A DNA stretch of 64,000 bases from Klebsormidium nitens (lineage: Eukaryota > Plantae > Klebsormidiophyceae): NCBI GenBank assembly GCA_000708835.1, contig DF237205.1, forward strand, positions 1-64,000, written 5' to 3'. This document shows positions 62,201-64,000 of the stretch, piece by piece. The notes under the pieces are model-generated. The model made no database searches. It saw only the letters and a list, made by a program, of their open reading frames with translations, and was not told the origin of the DNA. The translations under genes and the position numbers were made by a program. How positions within the stretch are numbered: the first letter of the stretch is position 1; every line of letters starts with the position of its first letter.

Positions 62201-63546
62201 CGAGCTGACTGAACGGCACAAACGGCAATCGGATTGCTTGCTTCCGACGGTAACGAACACAACGAAGCGTGCACTGGAGACAATCGCCAAAATAGCCTGA
62301 TGAAGCTGTCTGATCGCTTTTACAGACAATAGAGCTCTTTGTGTTGGATGCACACGGGTGGCGGATGCTGACAGGCATGGAGGAGAGAAGCACAAAAACC
62401 GTTCGCTGACAGGCACGGAGGAGAGAAGCACAAAAAGCGTTCGCTTGCCTTCGTGAACTTGATCGAGTTGCTGATGAGGTTGGAGAAGATCTGCCGCACA
62501 CGTGCCGAGTCACCCCGCACCGTGCACTCCACCGAGTCTGAACAAGGGAGCGCGACATAAGGCAGAAGATCCGTGATAATGCTGAACTGAAAATGTGCAT
62601 ATGAGAGATCGGAGACTTCACCACAAGTACACAGAAGGGCTACTAACTAGCTGCGCATGAAAAGCTTCGAATTTCCGCTCTCAGAAGAGTTAACGAGAAA
62701 CAGATTTCAGATTAAATGTGACGTTAGGAACGTTGACAATGATATAAGACAACAAAACCATCCCTGCCGAGACGAGGCAGACAGATTGTCAATCTTAGTG
62801 AACAAGAGAACGGTCTGCCCCCGTAGTCTCCAGTCTCCATCAAGAATAATCGCCCAAACCACAATTGGAGGTCCAACCTCGACAACTATTGAGGCTGGCA
62901 CATACCTGGAAGGTCCAGACCGATTTCAATCCCTTTCCCCAAGCACTGTACGGCAAACAAATCCACTAGGGACTCGAGTTCCGCCCCCAGGTCAAACTCC
63001 TCCGAAGCCAGCGTCATTTTACCCGCCTCAATCTGCAAGCGACATGTGTCACGAAATGATTTGGAAGCATTCATTAGTTACAGACCTACTTTCATGAACT
63101 GGACAAAGAAACTCTTACTAACACAACACAGGCAAATCCGCGGATCACGATGGAAACAACAAGCAAAGACAGAGAGCTCACATCCAGAGCATTTTGTCTA
63201 ATCCTAACCCTCAGTCATGAAGACACCAGGCTCCTTCCGCAGGTTCGATAACTTGATACCTAAAAGAAGAGAAGTGACAAAACGACTGCAGATGTGTTAA
63301 CGTTTTACCTGAAAATAGAAAAAGGGCAAAGGGATTAAGACGACACACAAAGAAGTTAAGGCACACAAGCCACCGCTCAGGTCACTTACCTTTTCCAGAT
63401 CAAGTACGTCGTTCAGAAGCCCCAGAAGGGACGTCGCGCACTGCTTGATCTGGATCAGGTTCAGCTCTTGCTCCACCGTCAACTCGTCCGCCAGCAGAAT
63501 GTCCAGCAGCCCAATGATGCCCGCCATTGGCGTGCGCAGCTCGTGA
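56222..63546 (-). CDS. AHK1: Hybrid sensor histidine kinase, AHK1-like (3' part; 5' exons lie beyond the window)
   Basis: Exons 63546-63390, 63032-62906, 62537-62449, 61861-61684, 61230-58821, 58051-57880, 57156-56860 and 56455-56222 are in frame. HisKA: SHELRTPMAGIIGLLDILL. HATPase: RGDSARVRQIFSNLISNSIKFT, FEVEDTGTGI, GGSGLGLGIT. Receiver: ILVAEDTPVLQRLA, LMDCQMPQMDGY, ALTAHAM, YLTKPI. These motifs closely resemble Arabidopsis AHK1. Confidence 0.88.
57672..57915 (-). repeat. 62-bp tandem copies of the receiver-exon 3' end + donor site in the HK intron
   Basis: CTCACTTCTAACCGCTATAGGACGGGCGTGTCTTACAGCA occurs twice (donor copies at ~57693 and 57755). The functional version is CTCACCGCTAACCGCTGTAGGACGGGCGTGTCTTCAGCA at 57875. 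Confidence 0.85.
58000..58540 (-). repeat. Stacked copies of an acceptor + exon start in the HK intron
   Basis: GCAG|GC(G/T)TTCTGCC(A/T)GCGC(G/C)CAGAA at 58051 (functional), 58226 and 58409, plus a decayed copy at ~58530 that has lost its AG. Confidence 0.85.
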
Positions 63547-64000
63547 CTGCATATGAGCAGTACATTTCACATTTCTTGTAAGTGAAAACGGCGTTCCCCT
63601 TGCGAGTTGAATACAGGATATTTCTGCACTCTAGTCTTGTCTGACAGGTAAGAATTGGGTACCATAAAGAGGCGCCCACAATTGCACAACGAATTACTAT
63701 CTTTTGCTGGCGTCCCAGCAGAAAAATACTCCGATTTGTTACATGTGTACTGATCCATGATGTCATTTGGCAGAATTTACCTTCAAACAATTGTTTCAAA
63801 GTCAAAGTGCCACATGCAAAGCTTTGGAGGGGCCTTGCAGTCCTGAGGCGGGTGTCAAGAAGCTGATCAATGTGACACACACAGTAGAACGTGCACCATG
63901 CTCATAAGCTTTCCAAAGGGAGAGACACTGAGCGACCACATCTCAAAGGGACCAGGACGAGAACAAGTAACTTCAAAACAAGCCAAGATAAGCAACGACG

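Overview
Eukaryotic, intron-rich nuclear DNA. The GT-AG introns and the AHK1-like and SUB1-like plant-type genes suggest a streptophyte alga such as Klebsormidium (inference). In order, the window contains: (1) ~1-9.5 kb, a decayed tandem array of ~2.1-kb units with LRR/F-box-like remnants; (2) a 9-exon gene for a ~987-aa coiled-coil protein with a C-terminal hydrophobic tail (minus, 14203-21156); (3) a tandem duplication of an [RPB5 (+) / SMP-domain LEA-like (-)] block, in which the second RPB5 is divergent and has stacked partial copies of its exon 3; (4) a head-to-head pair of glycosyltransferase genes flanking a foldback element; (5) the 3' part of an AHK1-like hybrid histidine kinase (minus). 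The best candidate for an undescribed system is the minus-strand glycosyltransferase (38398-45935). Its 10 exons splice in frame into one ~1093-aa chain: TM + CBM-like stem + chondroitin-synthase-like GT31 + SUB1/O-fucosyltransferase-like domain + GT25. One in-frame TAA interrupts it. A second recurring signal, seen in four unrelated genes, is short tandem duplication anchored on splice sites (shadow exon ends). One case matches the tandem-duplication model of intron gain. All exon boundaries were read by eye and checked for frame continuity. Family names come from motif recognition, not database searches.
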